64,000 bases of DNA. Origin: Candidatus Saccharimonadales bacterium. Its GTDB lineage: Bacteria > Patescibacteriota > Saccharimonadia > Saccharimonadales > JBGSXW01. The notes below the pieces were generated by a model. It was not told the origin of the DNA. It made no database searches and was given only the letters and a program-made list of their open reading frames with translations. The translations under genes and the position numbers were made by a program. The stretch spans positions 3,123 to 67,122 of the forward strand of contig JBGSXW010000002.1 in NCBI GenBank assembly GCA_041751215.1. Reading direction: 5' to 3'. Positions within the stretch are counted from its first letter, which is position 1. Every line of letters starts with the position of its first letter. Positions 46,023 through 58,299 of the stretch are shown piece after piece.

Positions 46023-46658
46023 CTAGTTTGGCCGACCGTCGCCGCGCTTTATATCGTGGGCGTAGCTGTCGATTATAAAAACGACTGCGCTCAGCCCGTA
46101 AAACAGCCAAAGCGAGCGTAACCAGCCGTTTTGTAAATGCTGGCCTAAAAAGATGCTATGAAAGTAAATAGCTACAAAAGCCGCAATATTAAAGGCTTTA
46201 ACCAGTGGCCAATATCTCTGGACCGCCGACTTTTGTCTAAATCGATCGACAACTTCGTAAAGCAAAAACACACTAATCGCAAAATACGCTAGCAAAACAT
46301 AAAAATGCCGATTCCTGCCGACATAATCTACCGCATCAAAATCATTTATCTGACCCTGGTAAATAAGTAGTCCTGGGTGAAGCAAAATCAATGCCAAAAC
46401 CACAACCCCAGTAAATTGATAGTAAAAGCGGTAATCGATGGCTTCTGGCCACCGTCTTTTAAGGCCGGCTACTAAAAAGTGACTCCACATTAAGCCAAAG
46501 GCCCACAATCCGATTAAAGGAAAGAGCTGCAACATAGTTAGGCTCCCGAACTCCCAGTCGAGTTGATTAGCCCAGTATATAAATGGCGCAATCAGCACAA
46601 AGGCGGAAACAGCCGAGATAACCGATAGAACAGTTCGCTCCTGTGATGATTGAGTCAT
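46023..46658 (-). CDS. integral membrane protein (about 6 TM, conserved His; ferric-reductase/MsrQ-like topology?)
   Basis: 211 aa with regular hydrophobic helices carrying His residues; the function is not assigned. Confidence 0.55.
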   Translation of the reverse strand: MTQSSQERTVLSVISAVSAFVLIAPFIYWANQLDWEFGSLTMLQLFPLIGLWAFGLMWSHFLVAGLKRRWPEAIDYRFYYQFTGVVVLALILLHPGLLIYQGQINDFDAVDYVGRNRHFYVLLAYFAISVFLLYEVVDRFRQKSAVQRYWPLVKAFNIAAFVAIYFHSIFLGQHLQNGWLRSLWLFYGLSAVVFIIDSYAHDIKRGDGRPN

Positions 46659-46700
46659 GCGACAATATTAGCATGTACGTTTTCAAGAAAAGAAAAAAGA

Positions 46701-47090
46701 CAAGAAACACAGTTTATACGCAAGGGGTGGGGGCCGACTGACTAGTCGAACTATTGCCAGTCGGCCCCCAATGCTATTGATTGCTCCAATATTGCATTGC
46801 GATGAAGGCTCGACAGCCCAGAGACGCAGAGTCTCCCACAAGAGGACGCGGGCGGAGTTCGGAAGGGGTTGCGGCCATATCTTGGGCATGGGACGTGCGG
46901 GCTGTCGAGCCTGACTTTTAGAAAACCTTCGCTAACGAGGGCCTTCTATTAGAACTCCCCGATCGGGTGCTCTGCTTGCGAGGCAGATAGGGAGGGAGTG
47001 CATCCGATCGGGGCCGACACAGCGATGAGGTGCAAAACGGCGAACCGTTCCGACGTCGTGGCTGCGCGCGGATTTGAACTGTGTTTCTTG
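46701..47090. other. GC-rich hairpin-rich non-coding element bounded by 14-nt perfect inverted repeats
   Basis: caagaaacacagtt (46701-46714) vs aactgtgtttcttg (47077-47090). Internal perfect stems are gggggccgactg/cagtcggccccc (46729-46740/46758-46769) and ggctcgacagccc/gggctgtcgagcc (46807-46819/46899-46911, apex GGAA). Confidence 0.6.
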
Positions 47091-47202
47091 CCGGTAAGAA
47101 CTTTTAGTCATAAACACGACCAAAGTTCATATATTTAACATTAAAAACATCGATTAGTCAATCAGTTAATTGTCGTTTTTAGACTGTCTGCAGGGGGCTA
47201 AA

Positions 47203-47772
47203 TTAGTAGTCGATGCCCTTGTTGGCTAAAAACTTGTCGTCAAAGTGATGGCGGAGCTTAGCCATATTAGTTGCGATGTCAACTTCGCTCAGCAATTCTT
47301 CTTTAAAATTTCGCCCGGTCATACAAAGGCTCGTCTTTGGGGCCAAATCTTTCATGAGCTTGCGTTGGTCGGCAATTGTTATGAGTCCATCATTTACGGC
47401 ATTGTTAATTTCGTCACAGACCACCAGATCATAGTCGCCGGAGCTAGCGCATTGATAAGCAAAGTCCAGGGTATCTTTAGCAGCCTGCTTGTGTTCGTCT
47501 TCACTAACATCTTTAGCGCTTAGCTCGCCCGCGTTATAAAAGCCCTTGCCGCCCTTATAAAATGTCAGCTTATCCTTAAAAATAGGTTCGATTTGTTTAA
47601 TAAAGTCGTGCTCGCCCACTTTCCAATGCTTAATAAATTGGATGTAAGCAACTCGCCAGTTAGTTCCGAGTGCGCGAGCCATTAAGCCAATTGAAGCGCT
47701 GGTTTTGCCTTTGCCCTCGCCCGTGTAGACGACGATGACGCGGTCTTTAGTATTGTAGTCTTCCATCTTCAT
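47203..47772 (-). CDS. ATP:cob(I)alamin adenosyltransferase (CobA/CobO/BtuR family)
   Basis: 189 aa with VYTGEGKGKTSASIGLMARALG...YIQFIKH. Confidence 0.85.
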   Translation of the reverse strand: MKMEDYNTKDRVIVVYTGEGKGKTSASIGLMARALGTNWRVAYIQFIKHWKVGEHDFIKQIEPIFKDKLTFYKGGKGFYNAGELSAKDVSEDEHKQAAKDTLDFAYQCASSGDYDLVVCDEINNAVNDGLITIADQRKLMKDLAPKTSLCMTGRNFKEELLSEVDIATNMAKLRHHFDDKFLANKGIDY

Positions 47773-47803
47773 ATTGATCCAATTATAGCAGCCTAGGGAG
47801 GCG

Positions 47804-48535
47804 TTACTTAGACAGAAGCTTCATTTCGATTTCGCTGATTGGGTCGTAAACGCCGTTGTCTAGGAGCCAGGTTTGTAGGTCTTTATCAAATCCAGTTAGC
47901 ACCAGTATCGCTACTGCTAAGAAGATCGCTCCGATGGCTCGCCTGAATTTGCTGTTTGGGTCAATTGCCCAGCCAAATTTCATAACTGCACTGCGGCCAG
48001 CCAAGGCAACTACTAGTAAAATTGCACCTAGTCCTATAGCGTAAGCAATCAAGTAGATTACGCCCTCGGCGTAACTTACCGGTAAAACTGTTGCCAGGAT
48101 AATTGCGTAGGTGGGACTGCAGCTAGTAAAGACCGGGCCCAGCGCTGCTCCGACTAAAACGCCCCCAATAACTCCATCTCGTTTGCCGGCACTGTTCAAC
48201 CAGCGACCAGTGTGATTGCCTAGCTTCAGCTTCAGCGCAACTTGCTCCCAAAGCTTATGGAACAAGAAGGCTAAACCAAAGAACATCAAGATAACACCGG
48301 AAATCGTCGACCATAGTGTGTCGGGGATCTCAATTAACGAAGTACTAGCGCGCAGGAGCAAAGTGAAGATTACTACCGAGACCGCCAGCGACCCGGCGAT
48401 TATGTATGGCCGCCAAGTGTCTTTTTCTTCAACTACACTGCCACCGACAATGATCGGCAAAACTGGAATTACACAGGGTGCTAAGACTGTTAACACCCCT
48501 GCTAAGAACGAGGTTATTAGCAGCGAGAGGTCCAT
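47804..48535 (-). CDS. ccdA: cytochrome c biogenesis/thiol-disulfide transfer membrane protein CcdA (DsbD family)
   Basis: 243 aa, polytopic, with VLAPCVIPVLP. Confidence 0.85.
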   Translation of the reverse strand: MDLSLLITSFLAGVLTVLAPCVIPVLPIIVGGSVVEEKDTWRPYIIAGSLAVSVVIFTLLLRASTSLIEIPDTLWSTISGVILMFFGLAFLFHKLWEQVALKLKLGNHTGRWLNSAGKRDGVIGGVLVGAALGPVFTSCSPTYAIILATVLPVSYAEGVIYLIAYAIGLGAILLVVALAGRSAVMKFGWAIDPNSKFRRAIGAIFLAVAILVLTGFDKDLQTWLLDNGVYDPISEIEMKLLSK

Positions 48536-49033
48536 TTACTTAAGTTGCTCCACGATTTGATCAACGGTGTAGCTGTTAGACCACTTACCTATTTGGTTGC
48601 CGTTAGAATCAACCTGCACCAGGGTGTGCTGATAAGTAACTCCGTACTTCTTCTTTAGCTCGGTTTCTGAGTCGTAGTCGGTTTTTAATATCGTTAGACC
48701 GCGCGGCAATGAGCTTTCATTTAGGTTGGCGTCGAGCTGACGGCAGGTTGGACACCAAGGCGCATGAAAAAACAGCACTATGTCCGATTGGCTATTGGCC
48801 GACAAGGCCTCGGGGCTGTAGCTGACGTATTTACCGGCGGGCTTGGTCTGATTGTTATTTGCTTGATTGTCTCGTCGTGCTGGAGTTTCGGTAGCGGGAG
48901 GCTGCGTATCGTCGCTTTTGGCTTCATCCATTAGAGCTGCGCTGCCATCGGTTTTAGGCTCGTCGCCTCCTATAAACATAGAAACCCCAAACAACACCAC
49001 AATCACCGCTAAAATAATTGCTGCTATCTTCAT
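48536..49033 (-). CDS. membrane-anchored thioredoxin-like protein
   Basis: 165 aa with an N-terminal TM helix and FHAPWCPTCRQL (CxxC). Confidence 0.8.
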   Translation of the reverse strand: MKIAAIILAVIVVLFGVSMFIGGDEPKTDGSAALMDEAKSDDTQPPATETPARRDNQANNNQTKPAGKYVSYSPEALSANSQSDIVLFFHAPWCPTCRQLDANLNESSLPRGLTILKTDYDSETELKKKYGVTYQHTLVQVDSNGNQIGKWSNSYTVDQIVEQLK

Positions 49034-49035
49034 GA

Positions 49036-49335
49036 CTAATCCTCCTTTTCTATCAACTTGAATAGACGACGGTTCACGTCGGAATCGTTAATAACGCGGT
49101 AGCAAATCTTTTGACCCATGCGTTGGCGCTCGATCAGTCCCGACTGCTCAAGAACTTTCAGCTGCTGAGAAACGCCCGCGGTAGAGATCCCTACGCGGCT
49201 AGCTAGCTCCGAGACGCAGATCTCTTGCTCTTTGTTAAGAATTTGCAGTAGTTTAAATCTGGTTTTGTCACCTAGCGCACCGAATACAGAGACTAGTGAC
49301 TGTTCGCCGAGAGATTGCTTGTTAGAGAAAATCAT
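49036..49335 (-). CDS. ArsR/SmtB-family transcriptional regulator
   Basis: 99 aa with wHTH CVSELASRVGISTAGVSQQLKVLEQSGLI. Confidence 0.85.
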   Translation of the reverse strand: MIFSNKQSLGEQSLVSVFGALGDKTRFKLLQILNKEQEICVSELASRVGISTAGVSQQLKVLEQSGLIERQRMGQKICYRVINDSDVNRRLFKLIEKED

Positions 49336-49453
49336 AAATAAAGTTTAAGTACTCGGTTAAATATTAAATGTCTATGCTTAAGATGTCAATTCATGTAGCT
49401 AGTTCCTGACCCCTTGCGCTCTTGATGTGAACTTGCTACACTTACCTCGATAT

Positions 49454-49777
49454 ATGGGACAGTCAGCAAAAGACAAGAACGACACTTCTCGTGTGCCGCG
49501 AACCGGGCGGCCTGCGTCTAATTCTAGAACCAAAAAAACCAGCAAAGCCGACGACGAACACTTAGCCAGACTCCCACTCTACATGGGTGAAGTTACCTGG
49601 AGAGTCGCCGTTCCGATTCTTACTATGTCGCTTGGCGGAAACTGGCTCGACAACCGATTCGACACTCGCCCACTCTTTTCTATTATCGGGGTTTTGCTAT
49701 CGATTCTATTTGCCAGCCTATTGGTATATAAGTTCTTACTTAGGACCTTCCCAGACATTATGGGAGGTAAAAAATGA
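49454..49777 (+). CDS. AtpZ/AtpI-like small membrane protein preceding atpB
   Basis: ATG inside track ORF 49427..49777, with two hydrophobic helices. It has a 4-nt overlap with atpB. Confidence 0.5.
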   Translation: MGQSAKDKNDTSRVPRTGRPASNSRTKKTSKADDEHLARLPLYMGEVTWRVAVPILTMSLGGNWLDNRFDTRPLFSIIGVLLSILFASLLVYKFLLRTFPDIMGGKK

Positions 49778-50598
49778 CTTTGAGTTTGTTCGGTGCAGCC
49801 CTAGCGGCTGAGACTTTATTTACCGTCGGTGGATTGACCGTTACCAACTCGATGTTCTATGGGCTGCTTGGTTCGATTGCGATCCTGATTATTTTAGTAG
49901 CCGCTGCCAAGCGCATAAGTGTTAAGCCTGGTGGTGTGTTTGCGAGCGTTATCGAGGTCGGTGTGGAGTTTGTAGTCGATACAACCGCTAACATCATGCA
50001 TGATCGTAAAAAAGCCGTACGGTTTGCTCCGATGATTTTGACCATCTTTTTCTTTATTCTGTTTAGTAACTGGTTTGGCTTGATGCCGGGTGTCGGATCG
50101 GTTCAGGGAAATGGCCAGCCAGCGTTCCGGGCGTTTACAGCCGACATCAACGGAACCCTCGCGCTAGCAATATTTACAGTTGTACTCATTCAGATATACG
50201 CCATTAAAGAGCTGGGGGTTATAAATCACCTCAAGCACTACTTCTCAAACAAGCCGTGGAACCCCATCAATCTTTTTGTTGGCATCCTTGAGGTAATTGG
50301 TGAATTCACAAAAATGCTCTCGCTCAGCTTGCGATTGTTTGGTAATGTCTTTGCGGGCGAAGTGCTGCTAGCGGTGATAGCCTCTATTAGCGGCTACTTA
50401 GCACCTATCGCCACCCTGCCCTTTTATTTCATGGAGTTATTTGTTGGCTTTATTCAAGCCTTCGTCTTTACGATGTTAACCATCGTCTTCTTATCGGTGG
50501 CGACCCACCACGAGGAAGGCCAAGAAGACGAATATGAACCTATTGTCGATCACTCGCCTGATATAGCCGTAGCTACGGAGATAACAGCGAATGATTAA
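49774..50598 (+). CDS. atpB: F0 ATP synthase subunit a
   Basis: 274 aa with LSLRLFGNVFAGEVLL. Confidence 0.9.
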   Translation: MTLSLFGAALAAETLFTVGGLTVTNSMFYGLLGSIAILIILVAAAKRISVKPGGVFASVIEVGVEFVVDTTANIMHDRKKAVRFAPMILTIFFFILFSNWFGLMPGVGSVQGNGQPAFRAFTADINGTLALAIFTVVLIQIYAIKELGVINHLKHYFSNKPWNPINLFVGILEVIGEFTKMLSLSLRLFGNVFAGEVLLAVIASISGYLAPIATLPFYFMELFVGFIQAFVFTMLTIVFLSVATHHEEGQEDEYEPIVDHSPDIAVATEITAND

Positions 50599-50633
50599 AT
50601 TTAAAGTAATTAATAACAAGGAGTAATAACTAA

Positions 50634-50912
50634 ATGGTAGATTTACTACAGACATTTGCGCAGAATGCAGACGTTGCAGCCGAGGCTACAGCATCAGCTT
50701 TTTCTGACCCAAACTTCGTCAAGGGTATGACTATTACCTTGGGTGTGGTTATGCCAGCTTTCAGCTTAGGCTGGATTGGTAGCAACCTGATGAAGGCTTT
50801 AGGACGAAATCCTGAGCTTACCGGCAAAGTATTGCCAGTGTTCTTGATCTCAGCAGCCCTCGTTGAGGCTATTGCCATCTACGTGCTGGTTATCGCCTTC
50901 ACAATTTCATAA
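50634..50912 (+). CDS. atpE: F0 ATP synthase subunit c
   Basis: 92 aa, a hairpin of two helices with the carboxylate in AALVEAIAIY. Confidence 0.9.
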   Translation: MVDLLQTFAQNADVAAEATASAFSDPNFVKGMTITLGVVMPAFSLGWIGSNLMKALGRNPELTGKVLPVFLISAALVEAIAIYVLVIAFTIS

Positions 50913-50940
50913 ATAGAGCGATATAGGAGCATACAGGAAC

Positions 50941-51480
50941 GTGAATTACTCACTTTGGTTAGCGGCAACAGAAAGTGCTGAACAAGTCGGCGGCGTAGCT
51001 GCGTTGGGCGTAGATGTAAAAAAACTCGCCTTTCAGCTACTTACGTTTGTGCTGATCTTCTTGCTGCTCAAAAAGTTTGCTTTCAAGTCGATTCTCGAGG
51101 CTTTAGAAGATCGTCGACAAAAGATCGACGAGGGACTTAAGTTGGCAGAAGACATGGGTAAGCGTGAAACCGAACTAAACGAACAGGTCGAGCGCACCAT
51201 GTCTAAGGCAAGAAGCGAGGCCGAATCCGTAATTGCAAAAAGTCACGAAGAGGCTGGAGCAATTGTGGCTGAGGCAACCGCTAAGGCCAACAAACGAGCC
51301 GAAGAGATTGCTGCTGAGCAGCAAGGGCGATTTGAGCTCGAAGTTGCAAAAGCTAGAACCGAACTTAAAAAAGAGGTTCTGGGCTTAGTAGTTGACGCAA
51401 CCGAGACTGTTCTGGAAGAAAAGCTAGATGATGCGCGGGATCGTAAGCTCGTTGAACGAGCCTTGCGAGGTAACTCGTGA
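50941..51480 (+). CDS. atpF: F0 ATP synthase subunit b
   Basis: 179 aa with one TM helix then a long charged helix. Assigned from its position in the operon. Confidence 0.8.
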   Translation: MNYSLWLAATESAEQVGGVAALGVDVKKLAFQLLTFVLIFLLLKKFAFKSILEALEDRRQKIDEGLKLAEDMGKRETELNEQVERTMSKARSEAESVIAKSHEEAGAIVAEATAKANKRAEEIAAEQQGRFELEVAKARTELKKEVLGLVVDATETVLEEKLDDARDRKLVERALRGNS

Positions 51481-51869
51481 ACAAACTCTCACGTCGCCGG
51501 ATCGCTAAGCAAGTAGTGTCTCGTATTGAAGACGGCGACCTGACAATTAGTCGAGCAGCCAAATTACTGGCCGCTTACTTAATAACTGAGCGTCGAACTA
51601 ACGAGGTTCACTTACTGCTTAACGATCTGGCCAGTGAGCTAGAGAGTCGCGGAACTACTACTATTAACGTAGTGTCTGCGCACAAACTGACTGATCAGAT
51701 CAATCGTGAACTAAAAGATTTGTTTAAAAAGCAAACCGGGGCAAGTCACGCCGAACTAGAAGCGGAACTTGATCCAGCCCTGCTTGGCGGACTCCGTGCG
51801 AGCAGCGCTAATCTAGAAGTAGACCTGTCGGTTAAAGGCCGACTTAACGCCCTAAAGGCACAATTATAA
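51477..51869 (+). CDS. atpH: F1 ATP synthase subunit delta (short form)
   Basis: 130 aa between atpF and atpA. The C-terminal LDPALLGGLRA...VDLSVKGRL matches the delta/OSCP C-terminus. Confidence 0.65.
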   Translation: MNKLSRRRIAKQVVSRIEDGDLTISRAAKLLAAYLITERRTNEVHLLLNDLASELESRGTTTINVVSAHKLTDQINRELKDLFKKQTGASHAELEAELDPALLGGLRASSANLEVDLSVKGRLNALKAQL

Positions 51870-51889
51870 GAACTAAGGGAATGGACTAA

Positions 51890-53434
51890 ATGGCTAATTT
51901 ATCAATTAAAGAACTATCGGACGAACTCAAAGAAGCGATTGCTGATCTTAAAAAGTCGTCTGAAATCGAGAAAGTCGGTGTCGTTACCCGTGTGGGTGAT
52001 GGTATTGCCTGGATTTACGGACTTCGCGACTGTGGATTTAACGCCATGATTGAGCTTGAGGCTAATGACGGCTCAAAGGTTACCGCCTTTGCCCTCAACT
52101 TAATGGAAGACGAAATTGGCGCAGTGTTATTGGGTGGTGAAACCAAGATTAAGGCTGGAGCCCGCGCTCGCCTAACCGGCAAGGTTCTAGAGGTTCCTGT
52201 CGGACCAGAACTCGTCGGACGCGTTGTCGACCCTCTTGGTCGACCGCTAGACGGCAAGGGAGCTATAAAGACCAAGGAAACTAGCCTGGTTGAAAAGACG
52301 GCACCGGGTGTAATTGCCCGTAAGTCTGTTCATGAGCCAATGATGACCGGTATTGCAGCCATTGATACCATGATTCCAATCGGCCGTGGACAGCGTGAAT
52401 TGATTATTGGTGACCGCCAAACCGGTAAAACCGCCATCGCAGTCGACACCATGATCAATCAGTACCGCCAAAAGACCGGCGTGATTAACATCTACGTTGC
52501 AGTCGGTCAAAAGCTAGCTAAGATTTCTAGACTGGTTGAGCGACTAACCGAAGAAGGCGTTATGGATCAAACTATTGTGGTTGCTACATCCGCTTCGGAC
52601 TCGGCTTCGCTACAGTACCTAGCTCCTTACGCAGGTGCCGCTATGGGCGAATACTTCCGTGACCGCGGTCAGCACGCCTTGATCATCTTTGACGACCTTT
52701 CTAAGCACGCTGTGGCCTATCGACAGATGTCATTGTTGCTTCGACGCCCTCCCGGCCGCGAAGCTTATCCTGGTGACGTTTTTTACTTACACTCTCGCCT
52801 ACTTGAGCGCGCAGCCAAATTGTCCGACGCCGAAGGCGGCGGTTCATTAACTGCGTTGCCAATTATTGAAACTCAAGCTGGTGATGTTTCGGCTTACATT
52901 CCAACCAACGTGATTTCTATCACAGATGGTCAGATATTCTTGGAGACCGACCTTTTCTACCAAGGTATTCGACCGGCTGTAAACGTTGGGCTATCGGTTT
53001 CTCGTGTTGGTGGCTCAGCTCAGACCAAAGCCGTTAAGGGTGTGGCTGGATCGCTTCGACTCGACTTGGCTCAGTTCCGTGAACTTGCAGCTTTTGCGCA
53101 GTTCTCTACTGATCTAGATGAAGAAACTAAGCAGCGTATCGAACGCGGCCAACGACTGACCGAGATCTTAAAACAGAAGCAGTACTCCCCGCTTAGCGTT
53201 TGGGAGCAAGTGTCGATGGTAGTGGCCGGTACCGAAGGTGCTTTTGATGCCGTACCAGTCGAGAAGATCAAGCACGCTCAGGACCAGTTACTAAAACTAC
53301 TTGGCAGTGCACACAAGGCTGAAATGACCCACCTCAACAAGGGCGACAAGCTTGATGACAAAACCAAAGAGTTGATCTTAAAAGTTGCCAAGCAGGTAGC
53401 TCAAGACGCTCAGCCCAGCGAGGAAAAGGAATAG
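51890..53434 (+). CDS. atpA: F1 ATP synthase subunit alpha
   Basis: 514 aa with [13 protein letters not shown]. Confidence 0.97.
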   Translation: MANLSIKELSDELKEAIADLKKSSEIEKVGVVTRVGDGIAWIYGLRDCGFNAMIELEANDGSKVTAFALNLMEDEIGAVLLGGETKIKAGARARLTGKVLEVPVGPELVGRVVDPLGRPLDGKGAIKTKETSLVEKTAPGVIARKSVHEPMMTGIAAIDTMIPIGRGQRELIIGDRQTGKTAIAVDTMINQYRQKTGVINIYVAVGQKLAKISRLVERLTEEGVMDQTIVVATSASDSASLQYLAPYAGAAMGEYFRDRGQHALIIFDDLSKHAVAYRQMSLLLRRPPGREAYPGDVFYLHSRLLERAAKLSDAEGGGSLTALPIIETQAGDVSAYIPTNVISITDGQIFLETDLFYQGIRPAVNVGLSVSRVGGSAQTKAVKGVAGSLRLDLAQFRELAAFAQFSTDLDEETKQRIERGQRLTEILKQKQYSPLSVWEQVSMVVAGTEGAFDAVPVEKIKHAQDQLLKLLGSAHKAEMTHLNKGDKLDDKTKELILKVAKQVAQDAQPSEEKE

Positions 53435-53437
53435 CAT

Positions 53438-54303
53438 ATGGCATCCGTCCAGCAGATTAAACGTCGCATTCGCAGCGTAAAAAGTACGCGTCAGATCACC
53501 AAAGCCATGGAACTGGTGGCGGCTTCAAAGATGCGTCGTGCCCAAGAGGCAGCGCTTAGAACGCGGGCGTATCGAAATACTGCTGGAGAAATTCTTGCTC
53601 GATTACGACAAGTGGCGGATATGGCTGCGGTTCCGTACTTTACGCCGCGACCGGTTATAAAAAATCGTCTCTACATTGTGATTACCAGCGACCGCGGTTT
53701 GGCGGGAGCTTATAACAGTAACCTGCTTCGCTACTTTACTTCTGAGCTCAAGAAGGACGAACAAACCAAGGTTGGCCGCCGCGGCATTATGATCGGTCGT
53801 CAGGGCTCTCGCTTTGCAGCTCGAATCAAAGACTTGAGTGTTATCGGCGACTATCAAGACTTCCCCGATCGACCATCAGTCAATGACATTCAGCCAATAC
53901 TGCAAACAGCCATGACCATGTTTAGCGACGGCGAAGTTGACGCGGTAGACGTATTGTTTACCGACTTTAAATCCTCGATTGCACAAGAAGTTAGAACCCA
54001 CCGTCTACTTCCGGCAGCATTTGAGATCGATGAAGTCAGGCAGGACCTTGAGGATGCGGTGTTTGAGCCATCACCGCGCGAAGTTCTGGAAACGATTACT
54101 CCTAAGCTCATTGAAGCTCATTTAATGCAGACGTTTTTAGAAGCAGCAGCTTCGGAGCACTCGATGCGCATGATGGCCATGAAGAATGCCTCGGACAACG
54201 CCGGTGATTTGATCGACGATTTAACCCTAGTGTATAACGGCGCCCGCCAGGCCGCCATCACTCAGGAACTAGCAGAAATAACCGGTGGCGCGGAGGCAAT
54301 AGC

Positions 54304-54307
<4 letters not shown>
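53438..54307 (+). CDS. atpG: F1 ATP synthase subunit gamma
   Basis: 289 aa with IKRRIRSVKSTRQITKAMELVAASKMRRAQ and ITQELAEITGGAEA. Confidence 0.93.
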
Positions 54308-56514
<2,207 letters not shown>

Positions 56515-56517
56515 ATC

Positions 56518-57318
56518 GTGAACGTACAAGAAATTGATGCTGCAACTAGCAGTAAAATCCAAGCTGCCTATAAACCCCTAGCCGACTGGCAGCACGCCGG
56601 ACCTTTTTGTGTTGATGGCCGGACCGGTGCAGTTACAGCCGGAACTCCCCGTGAAGACAGTCTGTATGTGCAAGCTATTGGCGGCAGTTTGCTGTTTGCG
56701 GTTTTGGTTCACTTACTAGAAGAACGAACCGGCGACTTCAACACCACCTGGGAAGAAGTACGCAAAAAGCTTTCAGAGTCTGGCTATTCTGTAGGCGTCC
56801 ACCGTGGCAGTCATCGTTCAGAGACTGGTTCTGACTGTGGCTTTGCCGACAATCTGCCAAAAATTGTGGCTCGCTTAAATGCAGCACAAGCAGACATTAG
56901 ATCGATTATCGAAGGCGCGACTCAGCCGTTTAACGACGAACAAGCCGAAATTTGGCAAGCGGTTGTTGACCAGGCCAAAACTGGTGAAAATCTACCGGGC
57001 TTTGTCAGCGGCGAAAAACTGGTTGGTGGCGCTGAGACTAGCAATGGTTCCGTGCAGACACTAGACGGTGACCACGCCGAAGTAGCCGCGGCTGTTAACC
57101 TAGCCGAGGGCACGACACTCGATACCGCTGGACTTATTAAAGAAGGCTTGCAGTCTTTTAATCTCGATTTGTGGTATGTGCTCAAAGTTGCCGAGGAAGT
57201 TTTTGCTCTTAACAAAGACCAAGTCATGCCAGCGGCTCTTGGACTTTATGTCGCAACCGAGATGGTCTTAGTTGAAGACAAAAAAAATTACCGACTGCCG
57301 GTAATCATTCATTCGTAA
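56518..57318 (+). CDS. hypothetical protein with CVDGR / DCG motifs
   Basis: 266 aa with a GTG start directly after atpC. Contains FCVDGRTG, LYVQAIGGS and HRSETGSDCGF. Confidence 0.55.
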   Translation: MNVQEIDAATSSKIQAAYKPLADWQHAGPFCVDGRTGAVTAGTPREDSLYVQAIGGSLLFAVLVHLLEERTGDFNTTWEEVRKKLSESGYSVGVHRGSHRSETGSDCGFADNLPKIVARLNAAQADIRSIIEGATQPFNDEQAEIWQAVVDQAKTGENLPGFVSGEKLVGGAETSNGSVQTLDGDHAEVAAAVNLAEGTTLDTAGLIKEGLQSFNLDLWYVLKVAEEVFALNKDQVMPAALGLYVATEMVLVEDKKNYRLPVIIHS

Positions 57319-57450
57319 ACTATTTTAGACAAAAGAAAAAACACGGAAAGCTAGAGATTATAAGAAGGAAGGGATGACCGGGGCGGTCGCCGCGTGAACG
57401 TGAAGTTCAGTTGGCGACCGCCGTCGATCATGCTGGTCTCAGCCGCGTGT

Positions 57451-58047
57451 TCAGCCGATGAGGCCGCCGACCCGCTCGGGTACGAACGGGATCGTCGAAC
57501 CTTCGTCCATGTGCTCGGCGGCGACGGGTTCGTCGACGAAGTGCCCGGGGGTGCCGGTGTAGACGAAGGCGCCCGTTGCTCTGGAGCCGGCGATGCGCTG
57601 GCCGCTGAGCATCAGGAAGTGGTGCGTGATGCTGATGCTGGTCGCAGAGAGCGATGACATGAGCTGATCGGTGCTCAGCGCGTCGTAGAGGCGGTTGGCC
57701 GCTTCCTGCTGCGCTGCGTAGTGGTGTGCGAGCTCCGCGTTCATGTCGCGGAATGAGCGCGAACCCCCTGCTGCGCCGCAATCCTCATGGCAGTGCAGTG
57801 CGATCACCAGCGCGGTGTTGTCGTCGCACTTCTTGCTCCAGAGGTCGCCGAGGTTGGCGATGAAGCCGTTCCTCGCTCTGGAGTTGAGCAGCCCTGAGGC
57901 GCCACCAGCGATCGAGTAGAGGTGGAACCCCTCTTCGTCGTCGTAGGCCTCGAGCAGACTCGGATGGATCCGGATCAGTCGAGGGTCGACACAGCTGATG
58001 CCTGCGGTGAGCATTGCGAGCTTTGGTGGATTTGAGTCCCCCATCAC
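57451..58047 (-). CDS. beta-carbonic-anhydrase-like-motif protein (single-gene GC-rich cassette)
   Basis: 198 aa with strong GC3. SCVDPRL (CxDxR) and ALHCHEDCGAAGG (HxxC) are spaced as in beta-CA-type metal sites. It is followed on its strand by the GC-rich hairpin ggcggtcgcc...ggcgaccgcc. Confidence 0.5.
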   Translation of the reverse strand: MMGDSNPPKLAMLTAGISCVDPRLIRIHPSLLEAYDDEEGFHLYSIAGGASGLLNSRARNGFIANLGDLWSKKCDDNTALVIALHCHEDCGAAGGSRSFRDMNAELAHHYAAQQEAANRLYDALSTDQLMSSLSATSISITHHFLMLSGQRIAGSRATGAFVYTGTPGHFVDEPVAAEHMDEGSTIPFVPERVGGLIG

Positions 58048-58299
58048 TCTCCCTTCATTTCTTCTTGTGGTTGGATGTTGCTTGCTACTTGCATGCCTAG
58101 GTCAATGTGCAGTTGACCTGAGCAGGCAAGTAACAAACGTTCCAGCTTTCCGTGTTGTTAAGGTGCCGCGCGAAGTAATCCCCGCACGTCTGTGGTATTG
58201 CCGATTCGGCTTTACCTAACGCGCAATTATACTCCATTTACTACTGTTTGTAAAGAGTCCTTATGCTTCCGAGGCTACGACCATGTTATAGTTGCGGGT

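Noticed and set aside
46683-47123. Track ORFs 46683..46889 and 46932..47123 (minus), and attempts to name the element as SRP RNA, RNase P RNA, tmRNA or a cobalamin riboswitch
   Set aside because: - The ORFs run through perfect hairpin stems and have odd composition.
- The GGAA-capped hairpin lacks the conserved SRP AGCA/GGUC loop residues.
- There is no GAGGAAAGUCC or ACAGAAnCCGGCUUA (RNase P).
- There is no T-arm/CCA 3' end or ALAA-type tag frame (tmRNA).
- There is no AGGGAA...GCCACUG core (B12).
- The element is left unclassified.
57394-57781. ORFs 57394..57657 (+) and 57428..57781 (-) in the third GC-rich patch
   Set aside because: They are Arg/Ala/Pro-rich shadow frames. The 57451..58047 frame has GC3 bias and the CxDxR/HxxC motifs.
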